Positions 34,228 to 43,177 of a stretch of 64,000 nt of DNA are shown one piece after another. Under the pieces are notes generated by a model, which was not told where the DNA came from, did no database searches, and was given only the letters and a program-made list of their open reading frames with translations. This stretch comes from an uncultured Acidimicrobiia bacterium (GTDB lineage: Bacteria > Actinomycetota > Acidimicrobiia > Acidimicrobiales > Ilumatobacteraceae). Position numbers and translations under genes: made by a program. Each line of letters opens with the position of its first letter. Positions within the stretch are counted from its first letter, which is position 1. Location of the stretch: assembly GCA_963836545.1 (NCBI GenBank), contig CAWIKD010000005.1:55186-119185 (forward strand). The letters are read 5' to 3'.

Positions 34228-34264
34228 GGGAGAACGACCCCGCCGGACTCCTCGATTCATCGAT

Positions 34265-34308
34265 CTGGGCGCGAAACCGTCGCAGAACTGCGACGGTTTC
34301 GCGCCCAG
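34265..34308 (+). promoter_or_regulatory. 44-bp perfect palindrome (21-bp arms, 2-nt centre) in the divergent promoter region between the PPOX gene and the patatin-like gene
   Basis: CTGGGCGCGAAACCGTCGCAG-AA-CTGCGACGGTTTCGCGCCCAG; the reverse complement of the left arm equals the right arm exactly. Confidence 0.8.
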
Positions 34309-34362
34309 AAAGCCCAGTGAGACGGATCGCGCCCAGATCGCGAGGGCGCGAGACTGCACGGC

Positions 34363-35323
34363 ATGGCTGGCATCGCCCTCGTGCTCGGCGCCGGGGGGAC
34401 GGTCGGCCACGCCTTCCACGCCGGTGTGCTGGCCGCCCTGTCCGACGTCCGCGGCTGGGACGCCCGCCGCGCCGACGTCGTGGTCGGCACGTCGGCCGGT
34501 TCGGTCGTCGCCGTCCTGCTGCGTGCCGGCATGCCGCCCACCGACCTCTCCCAGCGGGGCAGCCGACTGCCGTTGTCAGCGGAGGGCGAGGCGGTCGTGC
34601 GCCGGGCCGGCCTCGGGCCGCCCCGGCCGCGCCCACCCCGCCGGCGGGCCTCGGGGTCGATGGCGTCGCCGGCCCGCCTCGCCCGCGCCGCTCGCCGCGC
34701 CGTGGGCGGTGACGCCGGGATCACTGGCGGCCGCCGTGCTGCCGGCCGGTCAGGTCGCGACGGCCGACATGGGCGTCCCGTTCGACAACCTGTACGGCGA
34801 GACGTGGCCGAGTCAGCCGACCTGGCTCGTGGCCGTGCAGCTCGACAGCGGCCGGCGCGTCGCGTTCGGGCGGCCGGGCGCGCCGGCGGCTCGCGTGTCC
34901 GATGCCGTGCGGGCGTCGTGCGCCATCCCGGCGTACTTCGAGCCCGCCGTGATCGACGGCCAGCGCTACGTCGACGGTGGCGTGCACTCGACGACGAACG
35001 CCGACCTGGTCGCCGGCGAGCGCCCCGACCTCGTGCTCGTCAGCGCGCCGATGTCAGCGGCACGGGGCGCGCTCGGACGCCTCGACGCGATGAGCGCGGT
35101 GCGCCGCTTCGCCAGCCTGTCCCTGGCCCGAGAGGTCTCCGGGCTGCGCGCCAAGGGCATCCCGGTCGTCGTGTTCCAGCCCACCGCGCGCGACCTCGAG
35201 GTGATGGCCGGCGACTCGCTCGATCCGGCGAAGTTCGCCCCGGTCTCGGCGCGGGTGCGCGAGACGGTGCGCCAGCGGCTGGCCAGACAGGACGTCGCCG
35301 ACCGGCTCGGCGCGCTGGGCTGA
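34363..35323 (+). CDS. patatin-like phospholipase; frame change between ~34560 and 34750
   Basis: N-terminal GAGGTVGHAFHAG..VVVGTSAGSVVA (oxyanion hole plus GxSxG) in ORF 34363..35550. C-terminal part (..AIPAYFEPAVIDGQRYVDGGV.. catalytic Asp region) in ORF 34226..35323. Confidence 0.7.
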
Positions 35324-35327
35324 ACCC

Positions 35328-36062
35328 TCAGCCGACCCGGTCGCGCACGCGCAGCTCGTCCCCGAGCGCGACCGCGCCGCCCTGCGCGATGAGCAGGCCG
35401 ACGCCGAGGTGGGTCTCGCGCTCGGCGTTGATCGTGCGCAGGACGTCGAGGTCGCGCTCGATGCCACCCGGCTGCGGGCGCGTCGTCATCACGCAGCGGT
35501 CGATCGCCTTGACGACGTCGGCCACGACGTCGCCGACCTCGATGCGATGACCGACGAAGCCCTGCTCGACATCGACCCCGTCCGTCTCGATCAGCACGTT
35601 GCCGCGGAAGCGGCGGCGGTCCCAGTCACCGATGGTGCCGGTGCCGATGACCGAGACCCGTGTCTTGCCGGAGTCGTGGAACGTGCCGTCGGGTCCGTCC
35701 CACTCGAACCACGGTGACCCCGCTTCGTCCTCGAAGTCGGCGGCGATCTCGTAGCGCCCGGGGACCCCGCCGCCGGCGTGGCGCAGCTCGATGTCCCGGC
35801 CCAACCACGCCGACAGCGCGGCGTCATCGGCCGCCACCGAACCGTCGGGGAGCGTGATCTCGACGTCGTCGCCGACCAGCCGGGCCGACGCGAACAGCAG
35901 CTCGGGGACGCGGCGGGCGGTCAACGCCAGCCCGGTGCCGAGGTCGACCAGCGCCCACTGCCGATCACCGTTGATGCCGAGCTCGTCGATCGTGGCCGTG
36001 GCGAGCTCCTCGCCCTGCATCGACTTGACGGGAAAGCGCCACAGGCTCACGACTCGCATGCC
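35328..36062 (-). CDS. MOSC-domain protein
   Basis: MRVVSLWRFPVKSMQGEEL..GDRQWALVD..RFRGNVLIE: N-terminal beta-barrel plus MOSC motifs. Confidence 0.7.
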   Translation of the reverse strand, partial: GMRVVSLWRFPVKSMQGEELATATIDELGINGDRQWALVDLGTGLALTARRVPELLFASARLVGDDVEITLPDGSVAADDAALSAWLGRDIELRHAGGGVPGRYEIAADFEDEAGSPWFEWDGPDGTFHDSGKTRVSVIGTGTIGDWDRRRFRGNVLIETDGVDVEQGFVGHRIEVGDVVADVVKAIDRCVMTTRPQPGGIERDLDVLRTINAERETHLGVGLLIAQGGAVALGDELRVRDRVG

Positions 36063-36178
36063 GCGATCCTGCCAGAGCGGGAATCCATGCCGTCTCCACA
36101 CCCGCTCCATGCGGGCGCCACGCCGGTTCCTCCATGGTGACGAGGCCACCGAGGCCACCGATCAGAGAAGGATCTCCC

Positions 36179-36847
36179 ATGTCGCCTGCCAGCTCGTCGA
36201 CGCTCGCCCGCCCCGAGGGCGCCGACACGTCTGACTACGCCATCATCCACCACGCCATCCGCAGCGCCGGTCACGCCCTCGCCGATGCCGCGGCGACGCT
36301 GACCGTCGCCGATCAGCGGCGGCTGCAGGCCTTCATGAAGTACTGGCACGGTCACACCGGCGAGATCCTCGGCCACCACGGCATCGAGGACGTGATCTTC
36401 TTCCCGTCGCTGCGGGCCCGCTCGATGAGCTCCGTCGCGGTGCTCGAGCAGCTCGATGCCGAGCACCACCACCTGGATGAGCTGATGGACGCGGCCGAGC
36501 TGGAGCTCGGCCGGGTCGTCGCCGGCGCCGCGCCGACGGGTGCGGTCGATGCCCTGCGTCGGCTGGCCGACGTGATGGACCGCCACCTCGACGTGGAGGA
36601 CCGCGAGATCGTGCCGCGCTTCGTCGAGCTGTACACGGCCGACGAGTACGAGGCACTGACCAAGGCGGCGATCAAGCAGACCGGGATCAACAAGCAGGCC
36701 GCCTTCACCGTGCCCTACATCGGCTACTGGTCGAGTGCGGAGGAGCGCGAGCTGCTGCTGGCCCAGGCACCGGTGCCGTTCCGGATCCTGTACCGCGCCA
36801 CCCGGCGCCGCCACGGCAAGCTCGCCGCGCTGGCGCTCGGGCGGTGA
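36179..36847 (+). CDS. hemerythrin-like domain protein
   Basis: GAAGGA RBS. Paired His-rich helices (IIHHAIRS..HHGIEDVIFFP..EHHHLDELMD..HLDVEDREIVP) are typical of HHE cation-binding domains. Confidence 0.55.
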   Translation: MSPASSSTLARPEGADTSDYAIIHHAIRSAGHALADAAATLTVADQRRLQAFMKYWHGHTGEILGHHGIEDVIFFPSLRARSMSSVAVLEQLDAEHHHLDELMDAAELELGRVVAGAAPTGAVDALRRLADVMDRHLDVEDREIVPRFVELYTADEYEALTKAAIKQTGINKQAAFTVPYIGYWSSAEERELLLAQAPVPFRILYRATRRRHGKLAALALGR

Positions 36848-37972
36848 TCAGCCGACGGTGACCGCGGCCAGGCTGGCGATCGCCGTCGTGCGCTTGGGCT
36901 GGCGCACCTCGTGGCGGTCGTAACCGTTCGTCACGAACGCGAACGACAGCCCGGTGGCCGGATCGGCCCAGCAGATCTGGCCGCCGGCGCCGTTGTGGCC
37001 GAACGTGCCGGGCGACACCGTGCGGCCCATGCCGCGGGCGTGCGACCAACCGTCGTCGCCGGCAAGGATCAGCCCGAGCGAGCGGTTGGCGGGGACGCCG
37101 GCCGGATCGGGCAGGCGGTTGCGCACGCGTGACGTGACGTCCTGGCGCAGGTCCTCCGGCCACACGTCCTCCTGCCCGTGGAGCAGCCGTTGGTAGAACG
37201 TCGCCATGTCGACGGCGCGGGCGAAGCCCCCGCCCCCGGGCACCCCGACGGCGCGGGCCGCGGGCTCGTTGAAGCGCAGGACGGCGTCGTCGGTGACCTC
37301 GGTGACGGGGAGCGCCGGCACGCCGAAGGCGGCCATCAGCTCGTCGCTCGTGGCCGGCTCGCCGACGAGCACGAGGTCGGCGATGTCGTCCTGGTCGTCT
37401 TCGGGGATCCCGAGCAGCCGAGGCAGGCCGAGCGGCTTCGTGACCAGCTCCTCGACGGCGTCACGGAAGTCGGTGCCGGTGACCGTCTCGATGAGCTCGG
37501 CCTGGACCCAGTGGGCCGCGGTCGGGTGGTACTCGTAGCGCGTCCCGGGCTCCCAGTTGAGCCGCCACGACGCCATCTTCTCCCGCCGGGACGCCCGCTC
37601 ACCCCACACGGCCGGACCCATCGGGGCGTACGGGAAGCCGGACTGGTGCAGCATGACCTGCTCGAGCGTGATGTCCTGCTTGCCGTTGGCCCCGAACTCC
37701 GGGAACCACGTCGTCACGGGCAACGCCGGGTCGAGGGCGCCCTCGCCGATCAGCCGCCACACGGTCGAGGCGACGAGCGGCTTGGTCGCTGAGAAGAGGC
37801 AGAAGCGGGTGTCGGGACCGGCCGTCCCGAACGCGCGCGACTCGATGATCTCGCCGTCGCGCGCCAGCGCGAACTGGGCCGCCGGGAGCAGCCCGCTGTC
37901 GACCTCGCGCTGGATGCGCTCGGAGAGCTTCTCGACGGCGGCGACGTCAGGTTCGTTGGCGGTCAGCGACAT
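36848..37972 (-). CDS. serine hydrolase of the beta-lactamase/transpeptidase family (esterase-like)
   Basis: SATK (S-x-x-K) active-site motif, YHP-like and HNGAGG motifs. 374 aa, uninterrupted. Confidence 0.8.
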   Translation of the reverse strand: MSLTANEPDVAAVEKLSERIQREVDSGLLPAAQFALARDGEIIESRAFGTAGPDTRFCLFSATKPLVASTVWRLIGEGALDPALPVTTWFPEFGANGKQDITLEQVMLHQSGFPYAPMGPAVWGERASRREKMASWRLNWEPGTRYEYHPTAAHWVQAELIETVTGTDFRDAVEELVTKPLGLPRLLGIPEDDQDDIADLVLVGEPATSDELMAAFGVPALPVTEVTDDAVLRFNEPAARAVGVPGGGGFARAVDMATFYQRLLHGQEDVWPEDLRQDVTSRVRNRLPDPAGVPANRSLGLILAGDDGWSHARGMGRTVSPGTFGHNGAGGQICWADPATGLSFAFVTNGYDRHEVRQPKRTTAIASLAAVTVG

Positions 37973-38032
37973 GCCACCGACGCTAACCCTGTGAGCCAGG
38001 CCCCCGGATCAGCGGGCGGGGGAGGCCGGATC

Positions 38033-38085
38033 TGCGAACTTTCCGCGCACGCGCCCACATGCAGGGCGCGAGCGCGGAAAGTTCG
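38033..38085 (+). promoter_or_regulatory. 53-bp near-perfect nested palindrome (23-bp arms with one mismatch, 7-nt centre ACATGCA) upstream of the serine-hydrolase gene and downstream of TetR
   Basis: GCGAACTTTCCGCGCACGCGCCC-ACATGCA-GGGCGCGAGCGCGGAAAGTTCGC. It shares the GGGCGCG/CGCGCCC and GCG(G)AAA/TTT(C)CGC cores with the 34265 palindrome. Confidence 0.7.
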
Positions 38086-38114
38086 CGGTTTTGCCCGCTG
38101 GGTGCCCTGGTCGG

Positions 38115-38665
38115 TCAGCGGACGGCGGCGAGGGCGTCGGCGCGGGCGATGAGGGCGGCCAACCCCTGCTCGAGGGCGGCCGACGGCGTCGAGTGGATCG
38201 GGTACAACCCGTGCAGCTCGAGCTCGACCATGCCCCGCATGAACGCGTACGCGGCGATGGCCAGGTCGGAGTCGCCGGCGGCGAGGAACCACTGGCGGCG
38301 GTTGTCGGTGAGCACGTCGGCGGCCTCGGCCCGGGGATACGGCAGCTCGTGGACGTACAGGTAGATCTCGCGGTTCGCCATCGCGTGGGCCCGATACGAG
38401 TCGGCGACGCGCTCGATCGGGTGGCGATCGTCGTCGGCTTCGCGGGCCGACTTCAGGGCGTCGCGCAGGGCGATGAGGTAGTCGACGTACACGGCCCGCT
38501 CGATGGCGCCCTTGTCCGGGAAGTGCTTGTACAGCGACGGAGCCTGGATGCCCAGGTGATCGGCCAGGCGCCGCATCGTCAGATCGCCCTCGCCGCTGGC
38601 GATCAGACCGCGGGCCTGCTCGACGATCTCCTCGGCGCGAGGTGTGCGGACGGGCTGCTCGGCGA
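38115..38665 (-). CDS. TetR-family transcriptional regulator; no canonical start codon in frame after the upstream stop
   Basis: HTH region ..TPRAEEIVEQARGLIASGEGDLTMRRLADHLGIQAPSLYKHFPDK.. plus a C-terminal ligand domain. The in-frame stretch between TAG (38676) and the HTH has no ATG, GTG or TTG, so an indel or an unusual start is likely. Confidence 0.7.
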
Positions 38666-38766
38666 TGGAACGAGGCTAGCCCTCACGTAAGCTGGACTGC
38701 AGCTAACACTGTGAGCCGGTGTCAGGATGTGGCCCGGCACTGCCCGCACGACCCCAGGGGGACACG

Positions 38767-40548
38767 CACATGGCGACGCGCGACGAGGCGATCGAGAAGC
38801 CCCAGTCGACCCGGTTCGACGGCATTGACGGGCGTGACCGTCATCCGCAGGAGTACTACGACGAGATCAAGGCGCGCTACGCCGCCGAGCGCGACCTGCG
38901 CCTCGCCTACCGCCCGCCGGGCACGGCGTTGTACACGTCGGAGCTGCCCGCCGACTTCGCCAACTACCAGCTCGACCCGAACGGCCGTCAGCCCGAGCCG
39001 CGCGAGGTCATCACCGATCACGTCGAGGTGCTGTTCATCGGCGGCGGGTTCTCGGCCCTGCTGACCTCGGCGCGGCTGCGCGAGCGCGGCGTCGAGAGCA
39101 TCCGCATCGTCGAGCGCGGCGCCGACGTCGGCGGCACCTGGTACTGGAACCGCTACCCGGGCATCGCCTGCGACGTCGTGTCGTACGACTACCTGCCGCT
39201 GCTCGACGAGATGCAGTACGTGCCGTCGAAGCACTACGCCGAGGGTCCGGAGATCTTCGCCCACTGCCAGGCGATCGCCCGCCGCTACAGCCTCTACGAG
39301 CTGGCCGTCTTCCAGACGACCGTCACGTCGACGGTGTGGGACGAGGACGCCCGGCACTGGGTCGTCACCACCGATCGTGGCGACCGCATGACGGCCACGT
39401 TCGTGATCTGCGCCAACGGCACCCTGGCCAAGCCGCGGCTGGCGATCATCGACGGCATGGAGACGTTCGAGGGCACGTCCTTCCACACGTCGCGCTGGGA
39501 CTACGAGTTCACCGGCCAAGACCTCGAGCACCTCAAGGACAAGGTGGTCGGCATCATCGGCACCGGGGCCAGCGCGGTGCAGATCGTGCCCAACGTCGGC
39601 GCGGCGGCCAAGGAGCTGTACGTGTTCCAACGCACGCCGTCATCGATCGACGTGCGCGACGACTGGCCGACCGACCCCGAGTGGGCGGCGAAGCGGCCGC
39701 CCGACTGGCAGACCAAGCGGCGGGCCAAGATCATCTCCAAGGAGCGCGAGACGGCTGCGCGCAGCCAGTCGCTGCGCGACGGGATCACCCGCGAGGAGAA
39801 GATCCGCCGCCAGGAGAACGCCAACATCGACGCCATGATGCGGATCCACCGCCGCATCGACGAGACCGTCGAGGACCCGGAGACGGCGCAGTCGCTGAAG
39901 CCGTGGTACATGATCATGTGCAAGCGGCCGTGCTTCCACAACGACTACCTGCCGACGTTCAACCGGCCCAACGTCCACCTCGTCGACACCCATGGCGAGG
40001 GCATCACGAAGATCACGCCGCAGGGCCCGGAGTTCCACGGCAAGGTGTACGAGCTCGACGTGCTGATCTACGCCACCGGGTTCGAGGTGCAGCAGACCGG
40101 CATCTACAACCGCATCGTCGGCGAGCACGGGGTCGACCTGCAGGACAAGTACGCCGACGGCATCCGCACGCTGCTCGGGATCCACACCCACGGCTTCCCG
40201 AACCTGTTCATCATGGGCGGCTACCAGGCGTCGTTCCAGTTCAACCTGACCGACCTGTTGCAGGTGCAAGGGGATCACATCGCCAACTGCATCGACCACG
40301 TGCGGCAGAACGGCTTCGAGACGCTCGACTGCACGCCGGAGGCCGAGGAGGCGTGGGTCGAAGAGGTCATCGCCAACCGCGGCAAGACCAACCGCAACGC
40401 CGAGTGCACGCCCGGGTACTACAACTTCGAGGGCCAGTTCAACCGGCGCCAGGACGGCAACTACAACGGCGGCTTCGCGGCGTACTGCGACCACATCGGC
40501 CGGATCGAGGCCGAGATGGACGCCGACTTCACGTTCACGAGAGGCTGA
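38767..40548 (+). CDS. Baeyer-Villiger flavin-containing monooxygenase (type I BVMO)
   Basis: FAD GxGxxG (FIGGGFSAL), BVMO fingerprint (GGTWYWNRYPGIACD), NADP site (IGTGASAVQ). 593 aa, divergent from TetR. Confidence 0.85.
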   Translation, partial: HMATRDEAIEKPQSTRFDGIDGRDRHPQEYYDEIKARYAAERDLRLAYRPPGTALYTSELPADFANYQLDPNGRQPEPREVITDHVEVLFIGGGFSALLTSARLRERGVESIRIVERGADVGGTWYWNRYPGIACDVVSYDYLPLLDEMQYVPSKHYAEGPEIFAHCQAIARRYSLYELAVFQTTVTSTVWDEDARHWVVTTDRGDRMTATFVICANGTLAKPRLAIIDGMETFEGTSFHTSRWDYEFTGQDLEHLKDKVVGIIGTGASAVQIVPNVGAAAKELYVFQRTPSSIDVRDDWPTDPEWAAKRPPDWQTKRRAKIISKERETAARSQSLRDGITREEKIRRQENANIDAMMRIHRRIDETVEDPETAQSLKPWYMIMCKRPCFHNDYLPTFNRPNVHLVDTHGEGITKITPQGPEFHGKVYELDVLIYATGFEVQQTGIYNRIVGEHGVDLQDKYADGIRTLLGIHTHGFPNLFIMGGYQASFQFNLTDLLQVQGDHIANCIDHVRQNGFETLDCTPEAEEAWVEEVIANRGKTNRNAECTPGYYNFEGQFNRRQDGNYNGGFAAYCDHIGRIEAEMDADFTFTRG

Positions 40549-40723
40549 CGCCTCGCCCCATCCGAGTGTTGGCGGTCATCGGAGTGTCGGAGGGCGGGCG
40601 CCGCCCTCGCGCCCGGGCGGGCCGAGCCAGCTCGACTCGATGACCTCCAACCTTCTGCCGCGAGAGCGTCCGTCAATTGGACCGGTGCCCGCTGGGATTG
40701 GTGCTCGGGACGACCGAGGGGCC

Positions 40724-41058
40724 TGGATTCCCTCCGGGCCTGACTCTGTGCTGCGGGCCCTCCTCTGTCCTCTGTCCGACACAGAAGGGGCTCACGGTTC
40801 GCCGACACCGTTTCGGTCGCGGTCTTCCGTCGAAACGAGTCACCTGACGCGACCAAAACAGCGCCAACCGACGACGCCGCCGTTCTGTGTCAGAGTGCGC
40901 GACCAATTTGGCTGGTGCCCCCCTGGGGGTAGAAAAAGCTTCGTACGACCGGCGGGCGGCCGGGATTCGCTCCGGGTCTTGCATGGTGCAACGGGAACGT
41001 CGCTTCGGTCGCGATGTTCCGTCGAAAAGCGCCATCTGACGCGACCAAACGGAGCGCC
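40724..41058 (+). repeat. imperfect direct duplication of a ~60-140 nt module (copies 40724-40866 and 40958-41058; conserved cores 40809-40865 and 41001-41057) within a 665-bp lower-GC non-coding gap
   Basis: Aligned cores: cgtttcggtcgcggtcttccgtcgaaacgagtcacctgacgcgaccaaaacagcgcc versus cgcttcggtcgcgatgttccgtcgaaaagcgccatctgacgcgaccaaacggagcgcc. Upstream arms are ggattccctccgggcctg versus ggattcgctccgggtcttg. A third cgcgaccaa copy lies at 40896-40909. Confidence 0.6.
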
Positions 41059-41213
41059 CCACAGAAGCCGCCGGCACGCAGCACCGAGCCAGGACCTGGA
41101 GCAAACCCCGACGCACCCCACCGTCCGGAGCTCTTCGAACGCGACTGAGCCGCCCACTCAAATTTCGCATCACCTCTTGTCACGCCAATAGAGTTCGTAT
41201 TACTGTCTGTCAC

Positions 41214-41822
41214 ATGAAGTCGGCGCGGCCGTACACCATGACGGCTCGGCGTGACACCGTCGAGCAGACCCGCGAGCGGATCCTGCAGGCCGCGTACGAC
41301 ACGTGGCTCCGGCTCCCGTACGACCACGTGACGCTCGACGCCGTCGCCCGTGACGCCGGCACCACCCGCCAGACCGTCCTGCGGCACTTCGGCTCCAAGG
41401 ACGAGCTCGCCGTGGCGGTCGTCGATTGGCAGCGGCCACGCGAGGAATCGGCCCGGCGTGTCGACCCCGGCGACATCGTCGCCGCCGTCCGCCAGCTCGT
41501 CGAGCGCTACGAGGAGATGGGCGACGCCAACGTGCGCATGCTCGAGCTCGAGGGCCGCATCGCCCCGATCGACCACCTGCTGGCCGTCGCCCGCGAGGGC
41601 CACCGGACGTGGATCGAGACCACCTTCGCCCCGTTCTTGCCCGGTCGGGGCGCACGACGCGAGCGGCTGATCATGACGCTGTACGCGGCCACCGACGTCA
41701 CCGTCTGGAAGCTGCTGCGACGCGACCACGGCTGCTCGCGGGCCGAGACCGAAGCCATCATCCGCAACCTGGTGGAGGGCGCCACGCAGACGCACTCCCC
41801 GACTCGGGAGGAGCAACCATGA
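41214..41822 (+). CDS. TetR-family transcriptional regulator
   Basis: HTH ..TLDAVARDAGTTRQTVLRHFGSKDEL... 202 aa, stop overlapping the next start (ATGA). Confidence 0.75.
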   Translation: MKSARPYTMTARRDTVEQTRERILQAAYDTWLRLPYDHVTLDAVARDAGTTRQTVLRHFGSKDELAVAVVDWQRPREESARRVDPGDIVAAVRQLVERYEEMGDANVRMLELEGRIAPIDHLLAVAREGHRTWIETTFAPFLPGRGARRERLIMTLYAATDVTVWKLLRRDHGCSRAETEAIIRNLVEGATQTHSPTREEQP

Positions 41823-43106
41823 TCACAAACCCACGCCGCTACCTGCTGCCGATGTGGGACGGCGGCGGGACCGTGGCGCCCGGGCTCGGTGTCGCCAGAC
41901 GGCTCATCGCGCGCGGTCACGCCGTCCACGTCCTGGCCGATCCGACGATCGAGGACCAGGCCATCGCGACGGGCTGCACGTTCACGCCGTGGACGCGAGC
42001 TCCTCATCGCATGACGCTCGATCCCGACCAGGACCTGCTGCGCGACTGGGAGACGACGAACCCGCTCGTGATGCTGGGCCGCGTCCGCGACCGCTTCATC
42101 GCCGGGCCGGCCGAGCAGTTCGCGGCCGACACCGGCGAGGCGATCGACCTCGTCCGACCCGACGTCGTGGTGCCCGACTACCTGATCTTCGGCGCCATCA
42201 TCGCCGCCCAGGCCGCCGACGTGCCGGTGGTGCCGATCGTGCCCAACATCTGGACGCTGCCGAGCCCCGGCGTCCCGGCCATCGGCCCGGGCTTCCCACT
42301 CGCCAAGGGCCGGCCCGGTCGGTGGCGCGACGCCGCCCTGCTCACGGTCGTCAACGCCCTGTTCCGGCGGGGCCTCCCGCCTCTCAACGCGGCCCGGACG
42401 GCGCGCGGTCTGCCCCCGCTGCGCTCGTTCTACGACCAGGTGCTCGACACGCCGCGGATCCTCGTGCTGGCCAGCCCGGGCTTCGACTTCGCGTCGCCGT
42501 CCGTGCCGGCCAACGTCACCTACACCGGTGCCATCCTCGACGAGCCGGCGTGGGCCGAACCGTGGACCGACACGCGCCACGACACCGGCCGACCGCTCGC
42601 GCTCGTCGGGTTCAGCACGACCTACCAGCAGCAGGGGCCGCTGCTGCAGCGGGTCGTCGACGCCTTGTCGTCGCTGCCCGTGGACGGCATCGTCACGCTC
42701 GGCCAGATGCTCGCGCCGGACGCCGTCTCCGGCGCATCCCAACGTCACCGTCGTGCCGTCGGCGCCGCACGGCCCGATCCTCGACCACGCCGCGGTGGCG
42801 ATCACGCACTGCGGCCACGGCACGGTCATGAAGGCGCTCGCCCACGGCGTGCCGATGGTGTGCATCCCGATGGGTCGCGACCAGAACGACACGGCCGCCC
42901 GCGTCGTCCACCACGGCGCCGGCGTGCGGCTGTCACCCAAGGCGTCCACCGAGCGGATCGCCGCCGCCGTGCGCCAGGTGCTCGACGACCCCAGCTACCG
43001 CGACAACGCCCGGCGCATGGCGCAGGTCATCGCCGCCGAGTCCGAGGCGGCCGACGTGGTCACCGAGCTGGAGGCCGCCGCCGGCAACGGCGCCGTCACC
43101 GTCTGA
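41819..43106 (+). CDS. GT1-family glycosyltransferase (macrolide/UDP-glycosyltransferase MGT-like); frame change near 42700-42745
   Basis: N-terminal MITNPRRYLLPMWDGGGTVAPGLGVARRL..ILVLASPGF.. in ORF 41426..43702. C-terminal donor-binding part (..HCGHGTVMKALAHGVPMVCIPMGRDQNDTAARVV..) in ORF 42528..43106. Confidence 0.7.
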
Positions 43107-43177
43107 CGCCATCCGAGGGTTTGGTGCGGGGCCCCCGTGCACGAAACCCTCGGATGCAACGAAACCCTCGGATGGGA

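Noticed and set aside
36134-36178. Longer N-terminus (MVTRPPRPPIREGSP) for the hemerythrin-like gene
   Set aside because: It would overlap the divergent MOSC gene start. The internal ATG at 36179 has a GAAGGA RBS and gives a sensible domain start.
40640-41191. 183-aa plus-strand ORF (and several minus-strand ORFs) spanning the 40.5-41.2 kb gap
   Set aside because: There is no GC3 enrichment. The Ser/Arg/Pro-rich translation merely mirrors the DNA duplication, so the region is interpreted as non-coding (see findings).
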